DNA from: Azolla caroliniana | Lineage: Eukaryota; Plantae; Polypodiophyta | Length of the DNA: 64,000 bases | Assembly (NCBI GenBank): GCA_043228905.1 | Contig: JBHGNT010000014.1 | Coordinates: forward strand, 558,001-622,000 | Direction of reading: 5' to 3' | Shown here: positions 36,736 through 51,052 of the stretch, piece after piece | Layout of the letters: every line of letters begins with the position of its first letter | Numbering within the stretch: the first letter of the stretch is position 1 | Position numbers and translations under genes: made by a program | Notes under the pieces: generated by a model | Databases searched by the model: none | Seen by the model: only the letters and a program-made list of their open reading frames with translations | Told to the model about the DNA's origin: nothing

Positions 36736-39700
36736 CACTTATGAAGAACACAAGATGGGGGATGAGTAAGTATATTAAATTAGCATTATCATCATCATCA
36801 TCAAATACAAAAATACCATCAATGAGGTATATATAGATCTCATGTGCAAGGGTGCACATGTGTGAGGAGAATATAGGTACAACCGTGTAAATCCTATATT
36901 AAATGACCTTGGGAGTGGAGGATCTAGAATATCCTACTTAAGTACAATGTCCTATTTAAGTCGTTATAGTCAACACTTCTAACTAGATTCTATCTAGGTA
37001 ACTAAGAAGTTACATGGTTGACGAACTAACTAAACTAAGTTGAGCTTGATCTCTCAACACGCCCCCTCAAGCTCAAGTGTGAGGCGTCCGACATCCGCTT
37101 TGGCTTTTGTCGGCTTCGTGTGCTTCCGTCTGGCCTTCGGCTTTCTTCATCGTGACAATCTCGGTTCCTCCCCCTCAAGCCGGTGACGAAGGCTTGTAGT
37201 GTGTGGATGAAGGTCAACTACTTCCACCCATCATGGGTTACGAGCCGCTTCGGTGGAGCTCTTGGGCTCTTGTTCGGCCGCTACCTTCATCGCGAAGGCA
37301 TAATGATGGGTCATGTACTCATTGTAGCCGTGCTGAGTGATGGGGTTCTTAGCTCTAGTGAGCGTCGAAGTTTTTCGCTCGCCGATGTGAGCGTCTTCTT
37401 TACTCCGGGTGTCCGCATGATGGGTACACCGAACTCACTGTCTAGTGAGGGAGCTGATCCATCCGAATCATTGTCGTCAGGGTGGTCGACTTCGTATTCG
37501 GGCATCTTACTTTTGCCTTTCTCCAAATTCGTACTTGGCAGCAATGTGCTTGGGTCGCGTGGGGGCTCTTGTGGCCCACTATGCTTTGCCGTAATCGGAC
37601 TTTCTTTGAACATGTGTTCGAAGGATCTCCATCTTCTACCTCTTGTTCGGTGGATTCTGGGTCGAGCGGAGTCAGAGTCGAAGTTGTCTCTGGTGCGTAC
37701 CAGGATGCGGACTCGTCGAAGACTACGTCTCAACTTACCCAAACCGCTCGGGTAGAAGGGTTGTAGCACTTGTATGCTTTCTTTTCGGACGAGTATCCTA
37801 TTAGGATACATTCCTCCGACTTCACATCAGGCATCTGTCATTGTTCGTTCAGGATGCGTACATTCGCAATGCCTCCGAACACCTTGAGGTGTGACATAAT
37901 TGACTTCCTTCTGACGAGGAGCTCGTATGGAGTTAGCTCATGCACTCCATTAGTGGTGCATCGATTCATGAGATAGACGGCCGTGGATGCCGCTTCGGCC
38001 CAATAGAAATTCGGCATGTGCTTCTCATGCATCATGGCGCATGCTACCTCACGTATTTGCCGATTCTTCCTTTCGGCTACTCCATTTTGTTGGGGGGTGT
38101 GTGGGCATAAGAATTCTCTCTGAATGCCTTCACTTTGGAGATAGGAGGTGAATTCATCGGAGAAGTACTCCTTGCCTCCATTCGATCGTAGGCATCAAAT
38201 GTGCCAACCGGTTTCTTTTTCGACTTGGCCCTTGAGTTCTTGGAAGTGGGAGAACACTTCACTCTTCTTCTTCATCGGGTAGATCCACGAGTAGCGCGAG
38301 TAGTCATCGATTAAGGTTACGTAGTATCGGTATCAGCCAATCGTCACCGTTTGAGCCGGTCCCCATACATCTAAGTGTACAATGTCGAGGAGGCCTTTGC
38401 TTGCGGAGCTCTCCTTCGGGAATGGGAGTCGATGTTGTTTGCCGAGTTGACACACTTCGCATACTAGGTCGACTTGTTTCGACTCGAATGTCGGAAGTCC
38501 GATGACGAGTCCCTTGGTTTGCATCGCTCGTAGCCGTTGGAGGTTTATGTGGCCGATTCTCTTGTGCCACAACTCGATGCTTGCTGATTTCACATCGTTC
38601 AAATCAAGGATGAACACTCGGCCATCTCTCCGCCGCTTAGCTATGAGTCAGCCATCTTTCTCAATAAAACAACCTTCATTGTTCACCGAGATTTGGCTGA
38701 CCGAGACCAAATGCTTTGTTATTATGGGCACGTGCAAGACATTCTTGATGCAACTTTGCTCGCATTCATTCCCGAATGGGACATTGCCAATGTGCCAAAT
38801 GGGGTGGTGGTGTCATCTCCCGTCTCTATGAAGCCGGGTCAATCTGGCGTTCGTAAATCACGAAACCACTCTTCGTGAGATGTCATGTGATGTGAGGTGC
38901 CGGAATTGACGAACCACACGTCTTCCGAGTTGGAGGCGCTTGCGAAGTTAGAGGCCGACATAGAGTTCGCTCTATGCTTCATTACGAACATTCCGCCACG
39001 GTCGCCGTAGTCGGAATTTGGGGCGTAATTTGTGAACATTCCGCTACAATTGTCATAGTTGGAGTTTGATGTGTAGTTTGTTAGTTGTCGACTTGTTGAC
39101 GCCAACTCATTTCTCTTTTTCCAACACTCCAACTCGTAGTGACCGATTTTGCCACAATAATTGCAAGTTGTGGGCCTCGTTTGCCGACCATGTTTGGCAT
39201 GGAAGCTCCCCCTTCTTCCGAAGGTTCCTCGATGGCTTCCGTGAAGGTTTGAGTTCCCTTTGTGTGATGGGCCGAATTGGCCTTTTCTACCGCCGTGACC
39301 TCCTCCTCAGCCACCGTCCGAATTCAAGAAGAACATTTGTCCTTCCGACGTCTTGCTTTTGGTTCGGACGTGGTTCTTTTCAACCAATAGAATTGATTGG
39401 AGGTCGAAGAATGAAGGAGGGTTTTCACTCGCCAAGATTGTCGTATGTAGTGGATCAAATCGTTGTGCGAGGCCGCCCATGCATACTTGAACCATCTCGT
39501 CTTTGTCGACGTTTATTTTGATGGAGCCAAGCGAGGCATTGTAGTCCGACACGGACTACAACAAGGACATGTCTTTTTGCTGAATGTTGTTCAACTCTTG
39601 TCGGAGTTGAAGCTTTCGGGCGGTCGTGTTGGCGGCGAACATTTTCTTTAAGTTCGCCCACGCTTCTTTAGGCGTCTTGGCGTCTCGAATGTGGCTAAGA

Positions 39701-40157
39701 ATGTGGTCGTGGACACATGTATCCAACCAATACATGACTCGACTTGCCGCTTGCTCCCATGTTGCGTAGTCGGCGTTCATTGAGTTGGGTCGATTTTCTT
39801 GAGCGTCGTTGATGTAGCTCCAATACCCTTGGCCGACGAGGTATCAGGTCATCTTGTACTCCCAAGATGAATAATTGCTCCGGTCTAGCTTTTCACTAGG
39901 GAGCGAGCTACCCATTTGTGTGTTCATATTGATTGTGTCTTCTCTTCTTTTGCTTTTCTTCCTTCAATCACGTACACGTGCTACGTAGAAGTACTATGGT
40001 AGCCGATAGACGGATTTTGTCGTCGGCGTCTCAAACACACACTCTGATACCATGTTAATAATTAGGTAATTGATTAATTATGGGTTAATTAGTGCCTAAT
40101 TATGTGATTAAGTTAAGTGCGGAAGATTATGTGATATGTGTGTGTATGTGTGTGAGA

Positions 40158-40191
<34 letters not shown>

Positions 40192-40515
40192 CACTTATGA
40201 AGAACACAAGATGGGGGATGAGTAAGTATATTAAATTAGCATAAACATCATCATCATCAAATACAAAAATACCATCAATGAGGTATATATAGATCTCATG
40301 TGCAAGGGTGCACATGTGTGAGGAGAATATAGGTACAACCGTGTAAGTCTTATATTAAATGACCTTGGGAGTGGAGGATATAGAATATCCTACTTAAGTA
40401 CAAGGTCCTATTTAAATTGTTATAGTCAACGCTTCTAACTAGATTCTATCTAGGTAACTACGAAGTTACATGGTTGACTAACGAACTAGACTATGTTGAG
40501 CTTGATCTCTCAACA
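36595..40515 (-). mobile_element. Copia family C element with gag-PR-IN but no RT/RNase H
   Basis: LTRs 36595-37059 and 40053-40515 with (GA)n; PBS 40041-40052; TSD GTACA/GTATG (ancestral GTACG); IN C-terminus leads almost directly to the PPT. Confidence 0.92.
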
Positions 40516-43119
40516 GTATGCAACCTCAAGATCAAGCAAGCCCGGAGGGATAGTGGGGGACAGTCGCATGACCGGAGGCCTCCGATTGACCAATGATGCA
40601 TGCGGTGCGATGCGATCGGCCACATCAGGAGAGAGTGTGTGGATTTTGCCGAGACACTCAGGAGTAATGTGGTGTACCTATGGAATGGGTGGGTGCATGC
40701 ACGTGAGACCCGAAAACCCCTGGAATTGAATACCGGTCGGGGCGGGATGAAGCGGTTAATAGAAGAAGTCGCAGCATGACTCGTCGAGGCCGTCCATTAC
40801 TCAATGTCGACTGGCATCCGGGTCGGAGGTGATGGCAACCAGAAGGCAAAGGATTCCGGGTTCTAGATGTCGGTGCTCGAAGGTCTCCCCGGCATAAAGA
40901 TAAGGAAGGAGGAAGTGGACCACGCAGAAAGGCGGGTCCGAGAGGTCACTGGATGGGATGATCCAGTCGGAGAAACAACCAAGTTTGTAGAAGCGGCGTG
41001 TCAGAACTACGAGGTTCTAGTGAAGGATAAACAAGCAGGGAAGGGCGGAGGAGCCGAATCCGCCAATCAGTATGAGATGCGGAGCACTCCAAAGAAGAAC
41101 GACACAGGGGGGGTCCGGCGCACAAGAAAGGTCGAAGCCAGCAGGTTACCAGTTGGATACAAAAATAGAAAGAACGAGGGACTTGCAAAAGGTACTCGAA
41201 GAATGGATCCTTGACAGTCGGGTGGAGCTGACTCTGAGAGAAGTACTAGGGATCGCCAAGAAGGAGTTCTACAACTCCATTGTCGACTTGGTAAAGCACA
41301 AGAGGCTAGCGATAGAGCCAAAGCTGGAGAAGCCCGTGTAGGTATGAACGACACACTTGGATAACGCGGCCATTGAAGATGAAGTGGCGGAGAGCCACTA
41401 TTTGAGGCCGCACTAGGCAAGGGCAACTACGGAGACTCCAGTTCGGATCGGGAACATTCAGGAACTCGTGATGGCGCTAATAGACCATGGATCCGATATC
41501 AACCTAATATCCATGGATTTCTAAATGCGCGATCAATACCAAACACGGCTAGAGAATACGCGCGACCACATGCACTACGGAGGAACAACACGGGGCATGC
41601 TCGAATGTACGTGTGAAGATCGGCGATTTCGAGATTAATCAGCACTTTTTCATGCAGGACACCTCCTCCCACCCGGTGATTCTCGGCGAACCGTACATTA
41701 CGGCAGCCTGTATGGAGACCAAAGTGTTGGACAACGATTCGGCGTACGCACGGGTGAAAGGCCAAGATGGGCGTCATTCCGTCCAATTTTTGACGATGCG
41801 ACCGAACCACGAGCGTAACCGTGAGTCTCTCAACAACGATGACCGAGAGGATTTTTTGAGAGCACTATCAAGGCGTGGGGCCGCGATAGTCCGGAGACCC
41901 CGGAGAAACCCCACACATGTACCATAGATAGGAAATTTTGGTTCTCCGACATCGGAGGTTGTACTATAACGGGTGTCAGAGACCAGGAAAGGAAGAGGGT
42001 CGAAGAGCATTGAAGGGCGTGCAGTGCCCTTAGCTCCGACGATGAGATCAGCGGTGCCGTGGAGGCGATCTCTTTTGACAACACCCTTGAAGAGATTGGA
42101 ACGGTAACCAAGGAAGGCTTGAACGAAGACCAAGTAATTCCGGTCAGTTCTGTTGAAATGTATTAAGTCATCACGGACTTTGGAGAGATGATTGAATCAG
42201 AGGAGACGGCCCAGGTTCACATCAAGTACAAGACTGTGAACCGGAAGGTGAGGCCGGTTGCGGCTCCCTTGTCAGAGGGCAACGAGGAGCGAATGAAAGG
42301 GGTCGCATCAGACCTGAGTCTACGGAATCCGGTCGGCGTAGGGCACCGGTTCACCGACGAGACGCTACGGGGGCTGAAGATCGGTGGGGATGGCTTCGTA
42401 CTACCGACAGAAGAGGGCCGGTTTCAGAGGATGCTCGCACACTACGTGAAAAATTACATTTTTTGGTTTCTCCGGATAGGATAGGGAGTACCCAGTGAGA
42501 ACCGGAAGGAAGAACCGGTGAGGACCGAAACCGGCAAGGAGACCCGGCAAGAGCCAGATGAAGAAGGCCGATGAGAGTCTCTCACCAGATGAAGAGACAT
42601 ATTTGTAAATAGAAGAAAGTATAAAATTATATATTACATGCATAGGGCAAGATTCGAACCTTGCACCTCCATGTTAATAATGTTAAGCCTTATCATTATA
42701 CTAGCATATTATGAATTTTAAAGTTATACTAAACTTTATCCCATGTAAATATTCTAGACATGCATGGTACAAAAAGTTATTCATGCATAGACACTCGAGT
42801 TAAAAGAAAAGAGGAGATAGAAAGCTAATCATGCACATGCAGTGTGCATGAAAACTAAAGATAGGAAAAGCACTTCCAACACTATATAAGGAAGAGAGAA
42901 AGATGTATAGAGGTTGTTGATTATTTTACAAGGGTTGATTAATATAATATAATCATGGGATCCACGAGTTTGCTAACTATTTTCCTCTCTTAATTTGAGT
43001 ACTCACTATTTTCCTCCTAGTCCAAAACCCCAGTGGTTCCCACCCGACTCACGCAACGATCCGGAGCCGTAAGGCACAACACAAGTGGTGAAACCGACTT
43101 GAACACGGGTGGCAAGGAG

Positions 43120-45872
43120 ATGGAAAATCAACCGAAGGCTAACAACATGATGATGATGTTCGAGCGGATGCTTCAAGAACAACGTGCGATGTCGGAGATA
43201 GCAGCGGCAGTAGAGCGGCTCGTGCAACGGATCGGGCAATTCAACGGGAAGGACGTATCGCGCTGTCGCGTTGTTACGCGCGTGCGTGGAGAAAGGCGGG
43301 ACCACGGGGGTCTTGGACTAGGGAGCGACGGAGCGTAGGAAGTCGCACTTCACCGTTTTCTGGGGCACCCCTGAAACACACCGGAAGCAGCCGAAGAGAG
43401 AGAGGGAGTGAGAGAGCGTGCTTGACACCGACTCACGCGCGCGCACACACACACGCACACGCACACGCACACACGCCCTCTTGTACAGGAAACGCAGGGA
43501 AGGAGGGGAGCACCCGACACCAACAAGATGCCAATATACATAGACATGCGCAAACGTATATGTATATATATATATGAAGAATACACTCCCGGCTTCGAGC
43601 CGGACCAGGATAGTTTACAACAGTCGTCTGCTGTCAAGCCGCCGTCGGGGAGCTCTCGGGCTCGTTGCGCCGAGCGGGGTCTTGCACAGGAGATAAGCTG
43701 CAGCCAACCCTAAACGAACACGAAGGGGAAGAAGAAGAAGCAGAAGAAACCTAACCCTAAACCTACCGGTATACCCTCTAATCCAAAATGGGCAACCCTT
43801 TTACAAAGGGCGTTCCCTCCCTTTTATAGAACAAGGAGAGGGATGCGTTACAATGTGGGACAAATCCCGACTCTTTGGCGCCATAAAGGCGCCCTTGATG
43901 TTCACACCAAATGTACATGGGTGCGTACACATGCTGCACCCCGCCTATGTAGACAATGTTTCCCGGTTTTCGCCTATGGCCAAAATTCTTCACGACAGCG
44001 CTATCTTCGGGACTACAAGGCGGAAATGATACGATGCGGGATTTCGGAAGGACTGCAAGTGACATCCTTCAATCGGGTAGCTACCGATGGGCTTCAAGCA
44101 AGTATCCACGTGCTACGACAACAAAATCCGATGTGGGAAGCATTTGAAGAGGCGCTAAAGACCACGTTCGCTATCGAGGACTCCTCCAAGTCAACGCGGA
44201 GAGGATTCGAGGATTGGGTAGAAACACAAGACAAGGGGATGGAGGTCCTCGATGTGTTTTCGGCATTCGAAAGTCGGTTCGGGAGGTTGTCTGCGAGAGA
44301 TCAAGCTATCCTCGCACCGGACAAAGTTATCATGTTCTTACAAGCCGTAGACATCCGGGACCGGAAGGATCTTGGAGTGCTTCTAGTGGACACGACTACC
44401 GAGAGTGGCCTCACCGAAACATGGGAAAGCGTGCGGGATATTGTCACGCGATACACAAAGAGGGGGCAATGGCTTGCCAACGAAGAAAAGAGGGTTTCGG
44501 AGCCGATTCCGAAACCGAGATCGGGATTGGAAGACCATCAATCGCGGGCTCGGGAAGCTACGACTGAGAAGGGAATCGACGCAACTACGGTGGAGCAGTT
44601 GCTGAAGGAGATGGAGAATCTAAAAATCGTGATGGTGAAGAAGTTGGATGACCGTCCCACAATTTTCAAGTATATGGACCGTCGATGCATATGGTGCGAT
44701 AGCACCGACCATGATCGGAGGGATTGCGACGAGCACAAGGAAGCGCTACGATAGGATCTTATCTACTACGAGGGAAATCGGATTCATTCGATGGACTCTC
44801 GAAAGCCGCTCCAACCGAACTTCCGAAAAGGATAGCGGGAAAGAGCAATTACGCGACAACCGCGAGAATACATGTCGGGGAGTCATTGGGAGCAAAGGTG
44901 TCTTTTTGGCCAGAAGTGCTAGAAAACACCGAGAAAACTGACTCTAACGAGATCCAAAGCACCGCAGAAGGCATCCGGGAAGCTACGGGATGGGAGTGCC
45001 CCGTCGATAAGAATAGCGTATACGCCCTATGTCAATTACATGAGGTATATGTGGACGAGAAGCGGCGACGCACGGAGGATGCAGCTGGACCATCGAAGAC
45101 ACCAGAGAGTTGGAACTCCAACGGAAGAGGGAAAGGAAAAACGATTCCGGCATTCACGCTCGCCTCGGACATCGAGCAACAAACAAACTTGAAAAAGGTG
45201 TTCGAGGAGAGAATCCTTGACAGCCGGGTAGATTTTTCGTTTCGGGAACTACTCGGAATAGCAAAAAAAGAGTTCCATGATCTTCTTGTGGATCTCGTAA
45301 AAAGAAAAAGACAAACTATGGAGGAAAAAGCACCGATGGTGTATGCAAATACCATTCTGATGAACGACACCAAAGTGGAGGACGAGATTCCGAATTCCCA
45401 CTATACAAAGCCACACTGGGCGCGTGCAACTACGGAGACTCCGGTCCGAATCGGCAACATCAAAGAGCCCGTGCTAGCATTGATTGATCACGGATCATAG
45501 ATCAATTTGATGTCCAAAGAGTTCTACCGGAAGGGGAAGTGGCCTATTAACACCAATTATGGATGGAAGATCCGTGCGGCCACTAAAGCAATGGAAGATC
45601 TATTTGCGGCTTGTCTGAATGTGACGGTGAAGATCGGGGATGTCGAGATCGACCAAAATTTCTTCGTACAAGACGAGGTCTCACACTCCGTGATCCTTGG
45701 GAAACCCTTTATCACGGCATCACGGATGGAGACGAAGGTGCTCGATAGCGGTGCGGCTTTTGAACGAATTTGGAGCCAAAACGGAGGGAAATCCGTCCAA
45801 TTCCTAACGGTGCCGGCAAATCATGAAAGGAACAAGAGAGAGTTCTTGTCCCAAACAAGAATGGATTTTTAG
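43120..45872 (+). pseudogene. G2 gag-protease (split by a solo LTR; stops and a frameshift)
   Basis: FNGKDVSR|YLRDY, CIWCDSTDHDRRDC, LALIDHGS, VILGKPF. Confidence 0.88.
43264..43997 (-). repeat. Solo LTR of the Trp-PBS Gypsy lineage
   Basis: TGTCG...CGACA, perfect 4-bp TSD GCGC; removing it restores the gag frame. Confidence 0.93.
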
Positions 45873-48800
45873 AGCGGATTGTTGCGGAGTGGGGAAGTGA
45901 TACTCCGAGAAGCCCTGATACCCCACACAGGAAGAAACCTCTCGGTGCAAAACAAGTACGAATCGGTCCGGATGGGGCATCCACGTACATGGCCGTAACC
46001 GGAGGAATGAAGAAAGAATACCGAAAAGTGGAGGATAAGTTATGGTCAGCATCAATAATAAAAGAAGACGAAGAAATCGTGGGAATAGTCGAAGAGGTGT
46101 TCTATGGGAGCACACTACAACGGCTTGAAGAGCTCGCGGAAGATACAAGCCAGGGAAACCAGGTAATTCCGGTGGAGTCGGTCGAGATGTACGAGATCAT
46201 TGTGAAAATGGGGTTGGATGCGCTCCCCAAAGAAGAAGCAATAGTAAGTACGAAATACAAGACCGTGGAGAAGAAAGTGAAACCGGTCGCGGGACCGTTA
46301 CCCGCAGATAGCGAATAAAAGAGGAAAGAAGTCTCGGGGGATCCGACACTTCGGAAGTCCATGGATATCAGACATGCCTTCACGGATCAGACCCGGAAGA
46401 AACTTCGGATCGGTGGAGGTGGGTTCCTATTAAAGAATGAAGAAGAACGATTTTGTGGGATGCTAGAGCGACATGGGAGAGCATTTGCATTTACATCGAA
46501 AGAAATAGGATGCGCTGACCCGAAGATAGTGGAGCCGATGGTGATCTTCACGATTGACCATGTGCCGTGGAACCAGAAGCCGATTCTGGTGCCACGGGCG
46601 CATATTCCAAAAATCATCGACTTGCTCAAGGAGAAGGTGGTGATGGGGATTCCAGAGCCATCAAATGCTCCATACTCAAATCGATGGTTTACGGTTCCGA
46701 AGAAGAATGGGTCACTCTAATTTATTCAAGATTTGCAACCGGTGAACAAGGTCACCATCCGAAACTCCGGAGTCGGTCCGATAGTGGACGAATTTGCGGA
46801 AGCATTTGCCGGTTGCACGATATACTCCATCAGAGACCTATACTCCGGATATGACCAATTCCAACTAGATGTGAAGAGCCGAGACATCACTACCATGCGG
46901 ACTCCGATAGGATTAGTCCGGATGTGTACGCTACCACAAGGCGCGACGAACTTGGTCGCACATATGATGAATGCGATGAACAAGGTGCTTCGAGACTGCA
47001 TTCCGGAGATAACGATGTCGTTCCTAGATGACATTCCAATGAAAGGATGCGCGGTAGAAGAAAAAGATGAAACTATGGATGATGGGGGATGCCGAAAGTT
47101 CGTAGTCGACCATATTCACGATTGCGAGAAAGTGCTTCGAAAGTTAGAAGATGTGCACCTAACACTTTCTGGTGAGAAATCGGCATTCGGCCAAGAAGGA
47201 ATATTGGTAGTCGGACATCTATGTGGGCCCCACGGCCGAAGACCGTCACCAACCAAGATCGACGCGATTCAAGCTATGAAAGAAGTATGTGAGTCACAAT
47301 CCAAAGTTCGAAGGTTTCTTGGAGAATGTGCATTCTACCACATATGGATTCCACACTATGCACATATAGCGGACCCACTCTATCACTTGTTGCGGAAGGG
47401 TAAGAAGTTTGAATGGAAACCGGAGCATACCAAAGCCGTGAAGAAGCTCAAGAAATCACTACGGAGGGCAGAAGCACTAAAGAAGCCGAACTATGACCAA
47501 CCGATCATAGTAACGGTTGACACAAGTCCAACCGGAATCGGATGGGTCATCAATCAAGCCGATCCAGAAGGTTTGCGATATCCGATCCGATTCGGAGCAA
47601 AGGTTCTCAACGAAAGGCAATGCAGATATGCACAAGTTAAAAGAGAATTATGGGGATTCGTGTCGGCGATAAAATCGGATCGAGATTATTTGATCGGAGC
47701 CAAAGTAGTGATCGAAACGGATTGTCTTCCAATACTCGGGATGATGCGGTGTTGCACGATACCGGATGTGGCTATGCTAAGATGGATTGCATATGTTAAG
47801 TCGCTTAATCCGGAGGTACGACACATCTCCGGAAAAGACAACGCGGTAGCGGATATGTTATCAAGGGCGCGGTTCGGAGATAACATAACCGAATCCGATA
47901 ATGAAGAAGTTTCCGAAGAATACTTTGCTTCGTAGCACATATGCCGGGTGAACGTAATCCGAGAATTCCGGGAAGAAGAATACGAGGGAGAAAGCTTGTT
48001 GATCGGGAAAGTGCTACAAGAAATTGAGGAATCATCGGACGATAAAGAGAAGAGAGCCGAGATCCGAAGTAAGAAGCGGCAAATCCAAAAGTTTTTCTTG
48101 AACAATGGATTACTATGGAGGGAGCCGAAAAGTTCTTCTTGAAAAGTGGATTACTATGGAGGGAGCCGAAAAGACCGGATGGCATACCACTTCGAGTAGT
48201 CGGGACAAAAGAGCAACGAAACCGGATAATGTCCGAATTTCACGAATCTGATTGGGCTGGACATCGGGGAACATGGGCAACTTTTGTGAAAATCAAACAA
48301 AAATATTGGTGGAAGAACATGTACAAAGATATAGTGGAGTTCACGAAAAGCTGCGAGAAGTGTCAAATCTACTCCGGAGTTCGACACCGAGATGAGTTAC
48401 ATCCGACATTCTCACCAACAATCAACTTCAAATGGATGGTCGATATGTAGCCATGCCAACCGGGATCGGACAAAAGAAGTACTTGGTGTTAGCTCGGGAA
48501 GATCTCACAAACCAAGTAGAAGGTCGGGGGCTACGGAGGAAAACGTGTTCTACGGTATGCCAATTCCTTTTGGAAGAAGTGTTTTGCAGGTACGGGTGCA
48601 TAGGACAAGTGATTGCGGATCAGGGAGAACTCGACTCTGATAAAGCTAAGGAATTCTTCACTAAACATGGAGTTCGGTTAACACTGACAACAACATACAA
48701 TCCGAAAGCCAACGGGAAGATCGAACGAGGACATAGTCCGATTGTCAAAGCACTTGCGAAGGCATGCGATGGAAGGGTGATGGATTGGCCGCAGATGCTT

Positions 48801-49513
48801 CCGTATGCACTATGGGCGGATCGGACGACGCATAGCTCCGTAACCGATTACATGCCGACAGAACTCATGACCAGACAAGCACTGGTAATGCCAACGGAAA
48901 CCGCAATCGCGACATGGACAGTGCTACCGTGGAAGTAAGAGATGAGCCAGGAAGAATTACTAGCGGTCCGGATACGACAACTAGAGGGAAGACCGGAAGA
49001 CATAGCGGAAGCAATACGCCGACAACAAGAAGCGCGATTCCAAAATAAAAGTCGGTTCGACACAAAGCACCGACTACGACCGCGGAAGATTGAAGAAGGA
49101 GATTCGGTGATTGTCTACGATAGTAGTTTGGATCATCAACATACAATGATGCGGAAGTTCGCGAAAGGTGGTTCGGGCCATACGAGGTTCGGAAAGTTTT
49201 CGACAACGGAACTTACCGACTATGCGAGTTGGATGGAACGATGCTACGAGTGCCTATAGCCGGGAAACGGGTGAAGATTTTCAAGAAGCGAACTGAAGAA
49301 GAACCCTATGTGATCCTAGACAAGACCGACAAGAAGGAGCAATCGGACGAAGATCGCGGTGATGTGGAAAGCGAGGAAAGTGGATTACAACTCATAGTCG
49401 ACTTAAGGGGAGAATTGGAGGAAGCTTCGGATGAAGGTGAATGGCAAGCATCGGGGACTTCGGCACATACCGGAGGATGTGCGGGTTCGGAGGGGGTGAG
49501 TGTCGTAGTGTAA
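45863..49513 (+). pseudogene. G2 pol (RT, RNase H, integrase) in the -1 frame
   Basis: DLYSGYDQF, LPQG, FLDD, VDTSPTGIG, HESDWAGH..CEKC, YNPKANGKIERGH; several stops and a 41-bp duplication near 48087. Confidence 0.92.
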
Positions 49514-50538
49514 TTCGCACACTACGTGAAAAATTACATTTTTGGTTTCTCTGGATAGGATATGGAGTACCCAGTGAGAACCAGAAGGAAGAACCGGTGA
49601 GGACCGAAACCAGTAAGGAGACCCGGCAAGAGCCGGATGAAGAAGGCCGGTGAGAGTCTCTCACCAGATGAAGAGACATATTTGTAAATAGAAGAAAGTA
49701 TAAAATTATATATTAGATGCTTAGGGCAAGATTCGAACCTTGCACCTCCATGTTAATAATGTTAAGCCTTATCATTATACTAGCGTATTATGAATTTTAA
49801 AGGTATACTAAACTTTATCCCATGTAAATATTCTAGACATGCATGGTACAAAAAGTTATTCATGCATAGACACTCGAGTTAAAAGAAAAGAGGAGATAGA
49901 AAGCTAATCATGCACATGCAGTGTGTATGAAAACTAAGATACGAAAAGCATGATGCTAGCATGTGATAAACTTAGACTCTTCCAACACTATATAAGGAAG
50001 AGAGAAAGATGTATAGGGGTTGTTGATTATTTTACAAGGGTTGATTAATATAATATAATCGTGGGATCCACGAGTTTGCTAACTATTTTCCTCTCTTAAT
50101 TTGAGTACTCACTAATACACTATACTCGTGGGATTCACGAGTTTTTCATATCTTTCTTTCTTACAATTTATTTCATATTCTTAATTGCCTTAGAATTTTC
50201 TTTCCTCCTAGTCCAATACCCCAGCGGTTCCCACCTGACTCATGCAACGATACGGAGCCGTAAGGCACAACAACGTGGAGTCAGTCTGAAGGCTGAAGGA
50301 GGCGCTTGTTGCAGCACCGGCCCTACTGAAAGTGGTTTACAGAAAGGGTACCCCGGTTTACGTGATCGTGGACACGAGTCTGACCAGGATTGGATAGGTA
50401 GTCAATTAGGATGACGAAGAAGGCATAAGGTTCCCCATCCTATTAGGAGCAAAAGTATTAAGCAAGCGGCAATGAGGGTATGCCTAGGTTAAACGCAAAC
50501 TTTGGGGTATCGTTTCAGTAGTGAAGGACGACAAAGAC

Positions 50539-50569
50539 TAGGGTTTAGGGTTTAAGTTTTAGCATTTCA
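50539..50569 (+). repeat. Interstitial plant telomere-like repeats inside G1 RNase H
   Basis: TAGGGTTTAGGGTTTAAGTTTTAGCATTT replaces the LIG codons after KDY. Confidence 0.7.
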
Positions 50570-51052
50570 GGATAGAGGTAGTAATCGAGATGGACTGCCT
50601 ACCTACCCTAGGTATAGTTTCCGGATGCGCGACTCCGGACCTAGCTATGCTCAGGTGGATCGCATACATCAAGTCCCTAAACCCGGAGATCCGACACATC
50701 TCCGGTAAAGACAACGTCATGGCCGATATGCTTTCAAGAGTGCGGTATGACAACGAGGATGGCATGGTGTGGGAGGACGAAGAAGTCGGCGTGGACTTCT
50801 TCAAGTCGGCTCCGAGATTGAATGAGTTTAACGAAAACTAATATGACAGGGACTGGCTCCGGATAGGCAGATTCTTAAGGACATTGGCACCGGACACGGC
50901 ATGGATGAGGGATGAGGCGAATAGGATCAAGAAGAAGGCGTATCGGTTCTTCCTGCGGAATTGGAGTATATGGAGGCATCCGAAGAAGCGCAACGACAAT
51001 TTGCTCCGCATAGTGTTAAGAAGGGAAGAGCAGGAGAGGTTGTTGACAACGT

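Larger units (their letters stand above)
42435..50272 (+). mobile_element. Gypsy G2 (Phygy-like), near full length, nested in G1
   Basis: 5' LTR 42435-43081 (start deleted), degenerate Trp PBS 43086-43103, 3' LTR 49501-50272; gag-PR then RT-RH-IN; no chromodomain. Confidence 0.93.
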
